A stretch of 61,514 nt of DNA, counting the filler, from Hausera hauseri (lineage: Eukaryota), in NCBI GenBank assembly GCA_046269625.1. It is 10 parts of 10 records of this genome, joined end to end, with 100 filler letters (N's around TTAATTAATTAA, not from the genome) between each part and the next. Parts side by side here need not be neighbours in the genome. Positions count along the whole stretch, not along the records: positions 27,472 to 33,005 come from JBJURY010234962.1; positions 33,106 to 38,700 come from JBJURY010224298.1; positions 38,801 to 43,076 come from JBJURY010662663.1; 7 more parts are not named here. One strand, given 5' to 3'. Of this stretch, positions 28,334-40,049 are shown one piece after another (position 1 is the first letter of the stretch; every line of letters starts with the position of its first letter). A program made the translations under genes and the position numbers. The notes under the pieces were generated by a model, which was not told where the DNA came from, ran no database searches, and saw only the letters and a program-made list of their open reading frames with translations.

Positions 28334-31300
28334 TTACATTCGACACAGGTGTTTATAAATTATTAAGTATGAATAAATGAAAATGAGATTTACCCGATTA
28401 TAAAGGGGATCGCATCCGTTACAACGTAGTACAACGTACTTAATACATTTTTTATTGGAATCTTTGATATAGACGTGATATTCAAATACTGATGATGCCG
28501 ACTGACGTTCAGTTATCCAAGAAATATTTACAACTTTTCGTGATTCACCAGCAAATTCAGTAAAATTATTGACTTTTGGCACTAAACTAAGGTGATTCAA
28601 AAAGGATAAGAGGAAGGATGATTACCGCTGCCTGTGTAGAAGTATTTTGTTTCAGATGCATTGCCTGAGCTTGCGTTATTCTCAGTTTTCAGATCCGATT
28701 CTGGCACAACTTTAACATAATACAGCATATTCAGTCGGAGTTTAGTTAGGACAAATGATGTTTTATCTAATGGACAGTATTATTGACATTTTTATTTTCA
28801 GTACTTGTTCTTTCTTCACGTGTACTGTTGTCTGGAGTCCAGTAGATAATACGATATGATTTTCTGCATTCATCTGAAGTGTATCTCCAATTTATCACAA
28901 TGCTCGATTCCGTCCGTGATACCACATCGTTTAAATACACCTGACCCAATGCTGATCATAACTTAGGAACAAATTCCATTTAAATAAAATACCTCGTGCC
29001 AGAGTGTAATGACACACTTTCTTATCATACTCTGACATACCAGCATTGTTTACGACTCTCAGAGTAAAACAATATTCTGTACATACTTTTAGGCCGTAGA
29101 ATGAGTGAATGGTTTCAATAATATTTGCGGTTGATTCGTGTCGATTTGTGTTATCAGTCAAGACAATGTTATAGGAATCTGGACGTCCATGTTCTGGTGA
29201 TTCTACAGGCGCATCCCATTGGAAAGTCAAATGCTGCACACCTCTAGCATGCAATTTCACATATGAAGGAACATTAGGTACTACTCAGGCAAATTATTAT
29301 TGCATTATTAACTACAGGGTGGGCCAGAAGTTAGGGGGCAGTGACACATAAATTATTCAATCACTCACGTACACATCTAACAAGCGCTGAGATTAATAAT
29401 ATTTATATCTGGCTTGTTTATATCCACGCGCTCAGTTTTAAATGATAAATTGAGATGGATAGGGCAACGGGGAGGACTCGAGTGGCTCCCAAGAAGCTGT
29501 GTACTGTACTAAACCACGAATAACCAATGCTTTTCATTTAATTAATCCGGAGCTCTGTCACAGAATTTTGAAGTGTATTTGTAAATAAAAGTATCGCTTT
29601 TAATCCTTAAAACGTTAAATAAACTGAACAGATTGCCCCCGTAACTTCTGGCCCACCCTGTATGTCATAATAACCTTACCAGCTAATTTGGTCTTTATCG
29701 ACAATCGCTTTACGTCAGCAGTTTGCCCTTTGTCAGTAAATGGAATTATGTATACAAAATATTGTTTATTATTATGAAGGCCAGTAAATTCAAATGATTG
29801 TTCTGTGATTTCCTTATCGACTTTTCTTGCACAGGAAATGAAAAATGACCTCACAGCATTATCCTTCATTGAATAATAATACATTACACATGGAAAATGG
29901 TTCCTTACATCATTACATGATCCACATGGTTGTTTGGCGTATTGTTCGCATGCGTCATGCTCATTGTGCAGAAGTACGGCATACCCTTGTGATGGACTGG
30001 AGTGAATTGGTGAGGACCAGGATAACTTTATTGACTGGGTGGAATCTGTTATTTGCACATTGGTTACGCATCCGGTGGCTACTGGGTGTTAAATTTTTGT
30101 TGTAACGAATTATTTGTACCCGTATCAGTGTTGTTACAAAGAGGAACGTCACAACGGCCAAAACTGTTATCCACAGGACACCAGGTATAGTCATCATCTT
30201 TTGTTCTCCTGCAGAAATTAGATTTCACATTGTCGTATCTGCCTTTGTATCGCGATTTGTTCCATTCTGTGCATGTTTGCCCATCGATTGTGGTTGATCT
30301 AATGCCATCATATCCAATGTTATTGGCGCAGTCAGTGAAGCAGTCTTAGTTCAAAAAGACAACATATAAAGAGGCAACAAGACAATTTACAAAGGCACAT
30401 TACATTCAATTGGTGCATTGATAAACATTTTAATACCTGATGGGCCAGCAGCAACGAATTCAGTTTGGTGTAATGTCAGATGAAATTTGGAATCCAATAA
30501 CCAAACGGAAACAACGTATTTGCCTGCGGATTGCTGCCATTCTGGAGAAACAAACAAAACGCCATCGTTCAACGGTTTGTCTATTCTTTTGTGTCGTACG
30601 TTCGAGCAGACTGTCTGTCGTGAATGATCACGTAGAGACAAGGCATTTGTGAGTTCATGACAGAAATAATTACTGTTCACCAAGGTCAGACATGAGGAAG
30701 TGTGTGCTGGATCAGTTAGTTGAATGATCAATGGAGAATTATCACATTCAATTGTATTCATTTGACTTAATGACAGACGAAGGAGATTTGAGGAGATAAA
30801 TGAGCCGCTGACAGAGGCAGAGTTCTACAAAATTAATCGTCGTTATGAATGGCAATAAGAAAAAAGAAACAGAAACTACAGCAGCAGCAGCGGCGGCACG
30901 TTTGCTGATGAAAGTAACAAACGCACTCTGCCCAACACCGCCTCTGTTACGCCATCCGTTGACCGGTGCAATTTCCAATTGATATTCTCTACATAATTTC
31001 AATTTTCCTCCGCCTACCCATTCGCCAGTACGTTGAATCGTTGTTTGCTGAATCAATTCATTTGGCTACAGTAGAATAGATTCAATGAAATTTCTCATTG
31101 ATCAGTTTTACGTGATTGCAAATGTTCTCCTTTCGCAGCCGAATTGCCACTTTGTAATGCTTCACGACGCCATTTATTCGCATTGGCCGACTGAACGAAA
31201 TGTGAACATACCCACCTGTAAATGATCCAACTGCAACGTCATTGACACGATCACTCTCTACATCAATATCATGTCAAATGATCCTTGCCAATATGCGACA

Positions 31301-32341
31301 TTACCTCCTTCTTCTGTCGCTACTTCCATTCCGACTGATTCTGATCGTCGACGTCCGTCAAAAGGCCGTATCGTCACAACGTATTTTGTATACGACAACA
31401 AATTACCAATGATCAATGACTGCAATTCATTCCATTGCACAAATTCCCTACGGCAGTCCTTATCAACGTCGATTTTTACCGAATTTTCATTTGTTATTTC
31501 ACTCATTCTAATGACAAATGACGTGCAGAATTTCACTGGATCAGTGACAGTCACGATGTACGTTTGCGGTTGATCTTGTTGATAAAATGGTTTCTGCCAT
31601 TGGACAACAATTGCGCTTTCATTTACTGCAACTGCTGATGCATTACGAACAGGACCCGTTGTGGAGAAATCCGTGACTATTTCCAGACATTTGTATAGAC
31701 TCGTTGTCCACGTTTTGTCTACAGATGCTGCACAGATTTGATATTTTGTTCGTTCAGTCAATTTCGTGATGTTCACATTATTTTCTGATGGACTTATCGT
31801 CATTGTCCACATTTTCTCACTGCTACAGTAAGGAAAATACCAAATAAAATTGCCTACTTGTCCATGATAATTAATAAATAATGACTTATGTCATTTTGCT
31901 TGCTCCATGATAAAAATGCACTGTTGATACCAACTAATGTGCCATTTAATTCTATCGTTTTCGTATTTATGTTTAAATTGCATGTTCTATTCATTGGAAT
32001 GACAAATTTTCTGCTCTTCATTGAAATGCTAATGGACAATGAAAGCAATTTGTCAGAATGACAAGGTTTAAATGTTTCATTGTTAATGTTACTAACATTG
32101 CAACCATCACAAAACACCTTCATCGTAACAAATAATAACATCATCAATCAACAATTACCTGCACTGATTCTGCCGTCAAATCATGTTTTACTTGTACTGT
32201 ACATCCATGAAGATCGCATTTAACTGCAGGTTGAACTTTAGACAAATCAGGAAAATCAATTTCACCAAAAATTATCGTCACCAACAAAAAAACTACCACC
32301 AAAATCGGCACAAATATTTTCCATCTAAATTGCATCAGCAT
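28334..32341 (-). CDS. Multi-exon secreted or surface protein with several fibronectin type III repeats and one kringle domain; 3' end unclear
   Basis: Signal-peptide-like start and repeated FN3 signatures (V.WQKP, L..YTKY.V, WDAP..GL..CTEY.F). Kringle exon at 30120-30344. Many 35-47 nt GT-AG introns. One splice-phase conflict near 30825-30899. Confidence 0.8.
29315..29660. mobile_element. Tc1/mariner-type MITE inside an intron of the FN3 gene
   Basis: TIRs CAGGGTGGGCCAGAAGTTA..GGGGCA at both ends, flanked by TA on each side. Confidence 0.9.
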
Positions 32342-33105
32342 TTCATTGTCGCTTTTTTGAAACTACAACGAAAATCAGAAAAATCACAAATTACTTATTT
32401 TCAATTAAATTATTCAAATAATAAATTATATAAAATCAACTTTAACACAAATTGATAAATACCGTAAATAAGTATTTGATTGATAACATTAGACAATAAA
32501 ACTAACAATATTTGCTGCATTGAAATCTACAAAACAATTTGATGATACAATGTTTAAAAGTTGATACATACTATAGTTAATTTTATGTATGTAATAAAAC
32601 AATTTAAAACTAATGGTACTTATCTAATAAGTTCACTAATGAGTAAAGATAGGAAAAACAAATGAAAAATTGTTTAAATTTATCAACTCAATGAACAGTG
32701 ACTTCCAAAATATTGTCATATGTAACAAAGACTGAAGATTAAATCCGATTATAAAAAATTATATTTTCATTAATCCACTTTAAAGAATTTTCGGTTCATT
32801 AAAAAAAATTATTATTTTTACCGATTTAATTATATACCTCCCCAAATTCGTCAGAAACTGTGAATCCATCTATCACTTAGTCATCATACCTCACTGGAAA
32901 TCGTGCATTTCTCTGAAGTCTTGAAAAAACAGCATCAAGTATCTCTTCGTGCTCGTCTCTCAGTTTCCTGTATGCCACTTGGAAATGCGTCTTACTCTAA
33001 ACAATNNNNNNNNNNNNNNNNNNNNNNNNNNNNNNNNNNNNNNNNNNNNTTAATTAATTAANNNNNNNNNNNNNNNNNNNNNNNNNNNNNNNNNNNNNNN
33101 NNNNN

Positions 33106-35660
33106 ACCAAAATCATGAGAAATGGGTCATGTGCAACAGCTGAAACAGAAATTCCATTAACCAGACATCGTACTATAGAATATTGGATCTAAAATAAAAC
33201 CAATATTATAAAATGCAGAATAGATCATTAAAAACCATATTTTTGTTGCCCTTTTTCATTTGATAAATTATACCAAATATATTATCGAACAACGACTAAC
33301 GGTCATACCTGGTCAACATGGTCAGACAGACCAGTAATAGTACAATGGGTCCCATCAACAACCACAACCATTTCAACAAAGAAAAGGACTATTTCGACAA
33401 TGCAACCCAGCAGTTCGATGATACCAACAATAGAACCTAAGAAGGATATTAAAGAATTAGATGTAATTATCCAACCAAGAACTAACTCATTGGTCATTAC
33501 AGTATCTGATCTAAAGTCTACGAATATAAAATTTGAATGTTATTCTGGTCATAAAGTGGTCGGTGAAGGAGTACTGACTACAGACGAACCAACATAATCC
33601 TGTATGCTTTTAAAGGCTGATACTCATTATGGAATTATTGTGACAGAGTTGGATGAAGATAGACAGGTCTTGCAGGTTATTAAAAGAATAGAAAAAACAT
33701 TAAAATTACCAATGATTGTTACGACGAGGATTATAGGAACAACTACCATGCGAATTCAAGTAGAAACCTCTAATAAATATTTTTGGATGGTTATCACTTT
33801 AGGCGTCCTTCTAGCCTTAATAATTGTATTATTACCGATAATAACTTATTATTCAAAAATAAGACGTAAAAGACGAAAAACAAAAGAAATACTGCACCAA
33901 TTAAAGTTACTACGGGAAGAATCATTAGATGAATCGGGAGATGACCCAAATGCGCCTTGTAATAAAGAGTGGCCAGCTGAAAAGCTAGCCAACCTAAACT
34001 AGCAGGTCGAAAGACCTATCAATAATGGGCAAATAGTCCCATCACTTAAATGACAGGCTATAAAGCCAGCCGATATTAAAAATTACATTCGCTCGACAAC
34101 AGATATTACTGTGTGCTTATGCACGCATGTTTACGACGAGGCTGCTAAAACCTTTGCGACCTATAAAAAGAAACGATTAAAACATAATATTTCTGTTATA
34201 TTATGGCCGCTGTCAATTGATGTATTTTTAGTCGGCGAATGATCCAAACAGGCCCAGCAACCAAGCAGCTTTTATCGCAATATCGTTGCCAATCTATTGG
34301 CGTCTAACAAAACCTATGTTTATTATGAAAAAGCTTCAGTGATACCAAACCATCTATAAGGACATACAACAAATCAAAGAAGTGGCCTTATAATTAAACT
34401 ACAAACATATTCTACAAAGCTATCCGACTTGATTGATATTACAAAAAGAGCCATGGCTATATATATATATTTCGGTATCAAAAGGAACCATTCAACTGAA
34501 AAGTAAAGTCGGTCCTAATGGAATTACAGACACAATTAACATTCCACCACCAACTACGATTAGATTAGATGAAAGATTCTTTAAAAATGTAGAAATGGTT
34601 ATCAGAACTATAAGTGAAAGTTATCCAATCATATATATTGAAGTCATTAAACAAAAAAGTATTTTTCATGACGAATTAAAACTATTCAATTATTCAATAC
34701 CAATTCCTAATGATTCCTTACTGGAAAAAGGTGCATCATTCAAAAGATCGACTCAAATACGAAAGGAAGATATAGTAATTGTGGCAACCAGTACCGCGTA
34801 TGTTATGGAACCTGTCCGCAAAATGGAAGTTGCCCTTATTGAGGTAACCATTATGGATTTGAATGGTAAGATTATTTTGGACAAAGTGTTGTGCCCACGT
34901 GACCGGATAGACAATTACAACAGCCACGTGACCGGCTTAAGAGAACCGGATATAATAGGACAGACAGATCTTTCACAGACGTATTCTCTGATCAAAACTC
35001 ATCTTGTCAGAAAAGTTATCGTCGCAATGAATATATTTCATACTCTTAACTATGTTCTTAGATGCAGTCACCACCTCGTGATGGGTATAAGAGATCTACT
35101 TTATCACGAGAGAGCTAACCCAAGACAAGAATTTAATGCTAAGTACATCCTAACCGCATTTAATAATGGCGTCTATCCCCAACGAACAAAAGCCAAGGCG
35201 AAATCGATGTTGAATATATATAATACCATCCCGGACTATAAAAATGAAAAATTTATAAACGATACATCACCACCAAATATCTTTACAGTCGATATCGAAG
35301 TTAAAAAAGATACAAATGAAATGGAAGATTATGCAAATAAACCCATAAGCAATGAACAATCCTTTCACACCCCTTTAACAAAAGATACGATGCTATTACC
35401 GACGAAACAACCCAAAGAAATAAAACAAAAACAATACAGTTCAACAGAATCCTTAGCTCAAATCACGGTCGGTCTAACAAAAAGTACAAGATAATAAATC
35501 ACCACTAAAGAAACGATTACATTAAAACGAAAAATTAAAGAAGATCAATGGTTGGAAATAGATGCAGTACGATACCGACGCCCTGACGGATCTTACAAAA
35601 TCTACCCTCTGAAGTCGAGGACGGCTTCATCTAAGGAGGGAAGTGTCGAACATGTGAACT
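33106..35660 (+). pseudogene. Accessory 3' ORF of an LTR retrotransposon: FN3/WSxWS ectodomain, Thr/Ser stalk, TM helix, cytoplasmic region, DEDDh-like exonuclease fold
   Basis: Frame +1 from 33106 to about 34460, broken only by point stops, then a frameshift at an (AT)n run into ORF 34433-35494. WSTWS at 33310-33324; TM YFWMVITLGVLLALIIVLLPIITYY followed by KIRRKRRK; REX4/ISG20-like IEVTIMDLNGKIILDKVLCP..IDNY.SHVTGL. Ends across the PPT. Confidence 0.65.
35633..35643 (+). other. Polypurine tract
   Basis: AAGGAGGGAAG immediately before TGT, preceded by the Gypsy-typical TCGAGGACG. Confidence 0.8.
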
Positions 35661-36342
35661 AAACAAATTGACATATTATGATCGTGCGAACTGACAATTA
35701 ATTTTTGTTGACATATATTAATATTGATTTAAAAATCCGACTTCATTCTTTTTGATATTATCTTGATCAAGTTCAACTCTCATGTAATTATATTTATCAT
35801 TGAAAAAAACAAATGTAAATTTCCTGCGATTTAACACTTAGAAAAGGGGTATATATATTTCAACATTTATCTGTAAAATTCATTAACAATTCATACATCT
35901 TGTATGTCTTATCATGTCTACAACAATTGTGAGTATGTTTTTGATCGATTTATTTTAGTTGTTTGTCCCTTTTATTATATATTATTAAAAGTTTAATAGT
36001 TTCACTTCGTATCTATTATTGTATATATAAAGGTATAATTTTTGGTAGTAAGTATAAATAAGATTAAAATTAGGGCCCTTCCATTTCAGCGTCCATAAAG
36101 TCGCTGATTTTAAACTCACTTATAATTAAGGGGAAAGACCGCCAGTATTGCCTCCTGGCGACGAACTCACACTAAGGCCAATTAAAAATCTTGAAATAAG
36201 TCATAGCTACCCACAGATGGCTACTTTAAGACTTAAATAAAAGATAAGTTTGAGGTGTACTGACCCAAAGTATGTTTGAAATAAATTCGAGGCTTGGTGA
36301 CTAAAATCTCCAAGCTAATCTATACGAATCTTAAACTTATCA
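35644..36342 (+). repeat. Long terminal repeat, about 700 bp
   Basis: TG...CA termini bracketed by a PPT and a PBS. Internal TATATAAA (about 36023) and AATAAA (about 36237). Confidence 0.8.
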
Positions 36343-36343
36343 C

Positions 36344-36360
36344 TGGTGCAACGAGTGAGG
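36344..36360 (+). other. Primer-binding site, elongator tRNA-Met-like
   Basis: TGGTGCAACGAGTGAGG one base after the LTR end; resembles the TGGTGCCCCGTGTGAGG complement of elongator tRNA-Met. Confidence 0.7.
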
Positions 36361-36496
36361 AGGCACACTGGCGTACAACACTCGAAATAGAGTTAACGCT
36401 AATATTGCAACTTCACGCACTGATTCAGCAAGGAGTAGTTGTGAATCAAACGAAAACCCTCTGATCAAATTAAATACCCTTATAGAAAGGAACCCA

Positions 36497-38700
36497 ATGT
36501 CTAGTTCTGGAATAGGAACTGGTTCAAATATAACTGCTACAATGGTCCTCCCGATGGATAAGTTTGAAGGAAAACCGGACCAAGATTATAGTGAGTTTTT
36601 GATGCAATATCAAATGTACTCACAGAGCTTCGCATGGTCAGACGAGCTTAGGATACAACGTCTTCCCTTACATCTTAAAGGAATAGCACTTACAGCTTAC
36701 AGATTATGATAAAACTGATTGGGCTAGCCTTAAGGACGCCTTGGAAGAAAGACTTTTAATAGACCCATCAGGAACAGGTCAAAATGGCGAGTTCAACAGG
36801 CGACGTCAGAGAAAAGGCGAAAGCGTGCAAGAATACGCATGTGCCCTTCAGAAATGGGCCCAGAGAGCCTATGCAGATGATGACATAAAGGGAAGATGCC
36901 CTCCTGGCTCAGTTTTGCTACGGAGTTACTAAGGAAATACAAAATTATATTATTGTGGCAGATCCCAACATATAAAGAAGGTGTTAGTAAGTCCAGTAAG
37001 ATAGAATTGAACTATGAAAGATTAAAAAATATTAAAAATCCTCACAAAACTGATGATAAAAAGATGAAAAACTCTCAGTTGAAGAAAAATTTTCAAAAAC
37101 CGTTCTATAAAATTCAGAATCAAATTGGACAACAGCAGAAGAAGGTTACGTGGCAACAAGATCAACTTCAGAAATCTGCGATGAAAAAACCAACGGTTAA
37201 TCAAAATGGACAGCCATTATGCTTTGCATGTCACAAATATGGACATATGGCTCGAACTTCTCCTAATCAAGGACAACCAAGTCAAAAAAATGTCTATATA
37301 GTAGGTAATATATCTGACAGGGATAATGAACACGAAACCACAGATACAGAACCCGAAGAAACAATTGAAAAGCTACAGCAAAAGATCAGATCCAAATTAA
37401 AAGAAAATAAAACCAATACAGTAGAAGAGGAAGATAAGATAGCTGAAATAAAACAGCTATATCTTGAATTAAAAGAGCAACAAATCTGTGAGAAAAGACA
37501 GAAAATGAATGATGAAAGTTCAGTTATTGCTCCTATTGGTAGACCCAAAAAGACTCCTGCATCAGAATCGGATGTTGAAAAGAAAAGGGTCAGAAAAAAA
37601 GATAAACCTTTGATACAAGAAGAAGAACTGAAGACTACGGAACTTAACTTACCTTCTGGAAGTAAAAGTGGAAAAAGCGAATCAAGTGAAGAAAGTAAAC
37701 CGAAGAAAAAGATAAAAGGAATAAGGAAAAAGAAAACAAATGAAAAGTCTCCAAGTTATGAGTCTTCATCTGTCGATTTAGATCAAGATGGCGTAGAAAA
37801 AATTCGGAAAATATCTAGCTATGCCAACCAAGAAATAATCGATGGCACTCGGTTTAAGCAAGACCTGTCTATGTTGCTATTGCCAACTATCAGCCATCAA
37901 CAATTTGCTAATTTACTGGATTTACTGTTAATATATGCTGCCGGTACAAGTCCATACCAGAACATCGTACGGTATATAATTTACCGATACGCGGACAGGG
38001 TGAGGACAATCGGAGAAAACCCTGAAGTAGTAGTTACTCTCCAACAATATAATCAAGACTTCCATGCTCTTAGAATGAAATCGTTGGATACAATAGTTAT
38101 GTTAAAACATAAAATTAACGAAATAAGCCAACCTCAAGGAGAATTGGAATTACGCTTTTATGGACGAGTGTTGATGGATTACGAAACTCTATATGAGGTA
38201 GGTATTTGGGAAAATCGATATAATCCCGTATGTATTACTTATAGACAGTCTGAGCAAGAGATAATTGATGAAATTATAACTGATGTTAGGCGAAAAGAAA
38301 TACAAGAGGCCGAACGCCAATATCAGGCTCAACCAGTGGAAGTGGGAGGAAATATACCTATATCGGAACAAATACAAACGGACAAAAGAAACCGTGGTAG
38401 ACCGAAAGGAACGACGAAACTTTACCAGTTGAAAGGCAGGAAAGCTAGAGATGACGAAGTTGTTCGAAGATTGTTAACAACGGAAGATGAATATGATGTA
38501 GATAATGTATCATTGGCAACATTACTACAAACCTTGCTAGCAAGAATGCACAATGCATTCGTTGAATTCAATACCAATTTACAAATACCAGACTCATTAA
38601 CGCAAAATATTAGGAACGAAATCGCAAAGATTAGTGAACAATTTGCAGATATTCCTACAGACGAAAGGATAAATGAAATACAGGAAAGAGATATATTATC
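36497..38700 (+). mobile_element. gag: Ty3/Gypsy gag (frameshifted) with a long C-terminal extension; truncated by spacer
   Basis: FEGKPDQDYSEFL..W..LHLKG.AL, RRQRKGESVQEY and the knuckle CFACHKYGHMARTS. About 480 further codons with no protease motif seen. Confidence 0.8.
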
Positions 38701-38931
38701 NNNNNNNNNNNNNNNNNNNNNNNNNNNNNNNNNNNNNNNNNNNNTTAATTAATTAANNNNNNNNNNNNNNNNNNNNNNNNNNNNNNNNNNNNNNNNNNNN
38801 CAAACCCTCAATCATGCTGACAAACACTCTTGATAATAATGATAATAATAATCTCAAATTATTAGCCATCTTACAATATGAAAATACTTTTTGTCAATGA
38901 GTGCTAAAGTAACGAAATTGGAAATTTTCGG

Positions 38932-39156
38932 TACTTGTTCAATTCACCCCCATTGAGTTTAGGAACTTTGAACTTGGACAAAATTTTTATTACTTTTAAT
39001 ATCCATCGAATATTCGGCATATGGTCTATGCGATTGTTAATTAAACGAATACATTTTAGATTGACCGAACATGAAGAAAACATTATAAATCGAATATTAG
39101 GAATATGTTGTTAACATTCAAAATTCCTAAGCATAGTGGGGTGATTTGAACAAGTA
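38932..39156. mobile_element. MITE-like inverted-repeat element
   Basis: TACTTGTTCAATTCACCCC ... GGGGTGATTTGAACAAGTA. Confidence 0.6.
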
Positions 39157-39537
39157 AACTTTTCAAGCAGTGGGTACCAGAAATTAGTTAAATGTTCCAC
39201 TAATTCCTTATGTACGCGGAATATATTTGTGTTGTTATGACAAACAACGCACCTTCCTTGGATCGATGCTTGGATCCTGAAGATCGAATGTAAATGGGGA
39301 CGCGATGCAAAGATCCACCTGCCTGGCCCTGCCTCCGTCGGAGCAATAAAATGTTAAATTTCCTTGAGGCAATAACAGCGAGGTTTAATACCAGTACCAT
39401 TCACAATATGATTGTAATAATCTGTCTAGTACGTCAACATCTCACAAATTTATTATTATTATTGTTAATTATGGCTGGTTGTACGGTGTTGAATGGACTA
39501 ACATTTTCGTCCCAGTCGTATGATAACCTTTACATGC

Positions 39538-40047
39538 TAGGGTTACAGTACAGTTACGGTTAGGTTTTTACGGTTAGGGTTACGGTTACAGTTACAGTTA
39601 TAGTTACGGTTACGGTTAAGGTTACAGTTATAGTTACAGTTACGGTTACGGTTACAGTTATAGTTACGATTACAGTTACGGTTATGGTTACAGTTATAGT
39701 TACGCTTACGGTTACGGATACAGTTATAGTTACGGTCACGGTTACGCTTACAGTTATAGTTTCGGTTACGGTTACGCTTACAGATATAGTTACGGTTAGG
39801 TTTACGGTTACGGTTATAGTTATAGTTACGCTTACAGTTATAGTTACGGTTACGGTAACGGTTACAGTAATAGTTACGGTTACGGTTATAGTTACAGTTA
39901 CGGTTACGGTTACAGTTATAGTTACGGTTAGGTTTACCGTTACGATTACAGTTACAGTTACGGTTACGGTTACGGTTACAGTTATAGTTACGGTTACGGT
40001 TACAGTTATAGTTACGGTTACGGTTACAGTTATAGTTACGGTTACGG
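39538..40047 (+). repeat. Degenerate telomere-like hexamer array (TTACGG/TTACAG/TTATAG, one TTAGGG)
   Basis: About 85 hexamers; canonical TTAGGG at 39574-39579. Confidence 0.9.
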
Positions 40048-40049
40048 CT

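Noticed and set aside
28334-34002. FN3 host gene and FN3-like retroelement ORF as one linked locus
   Set aside because: Separated by an artificial spacer, on opposite strands, with no visible sequence similarity.
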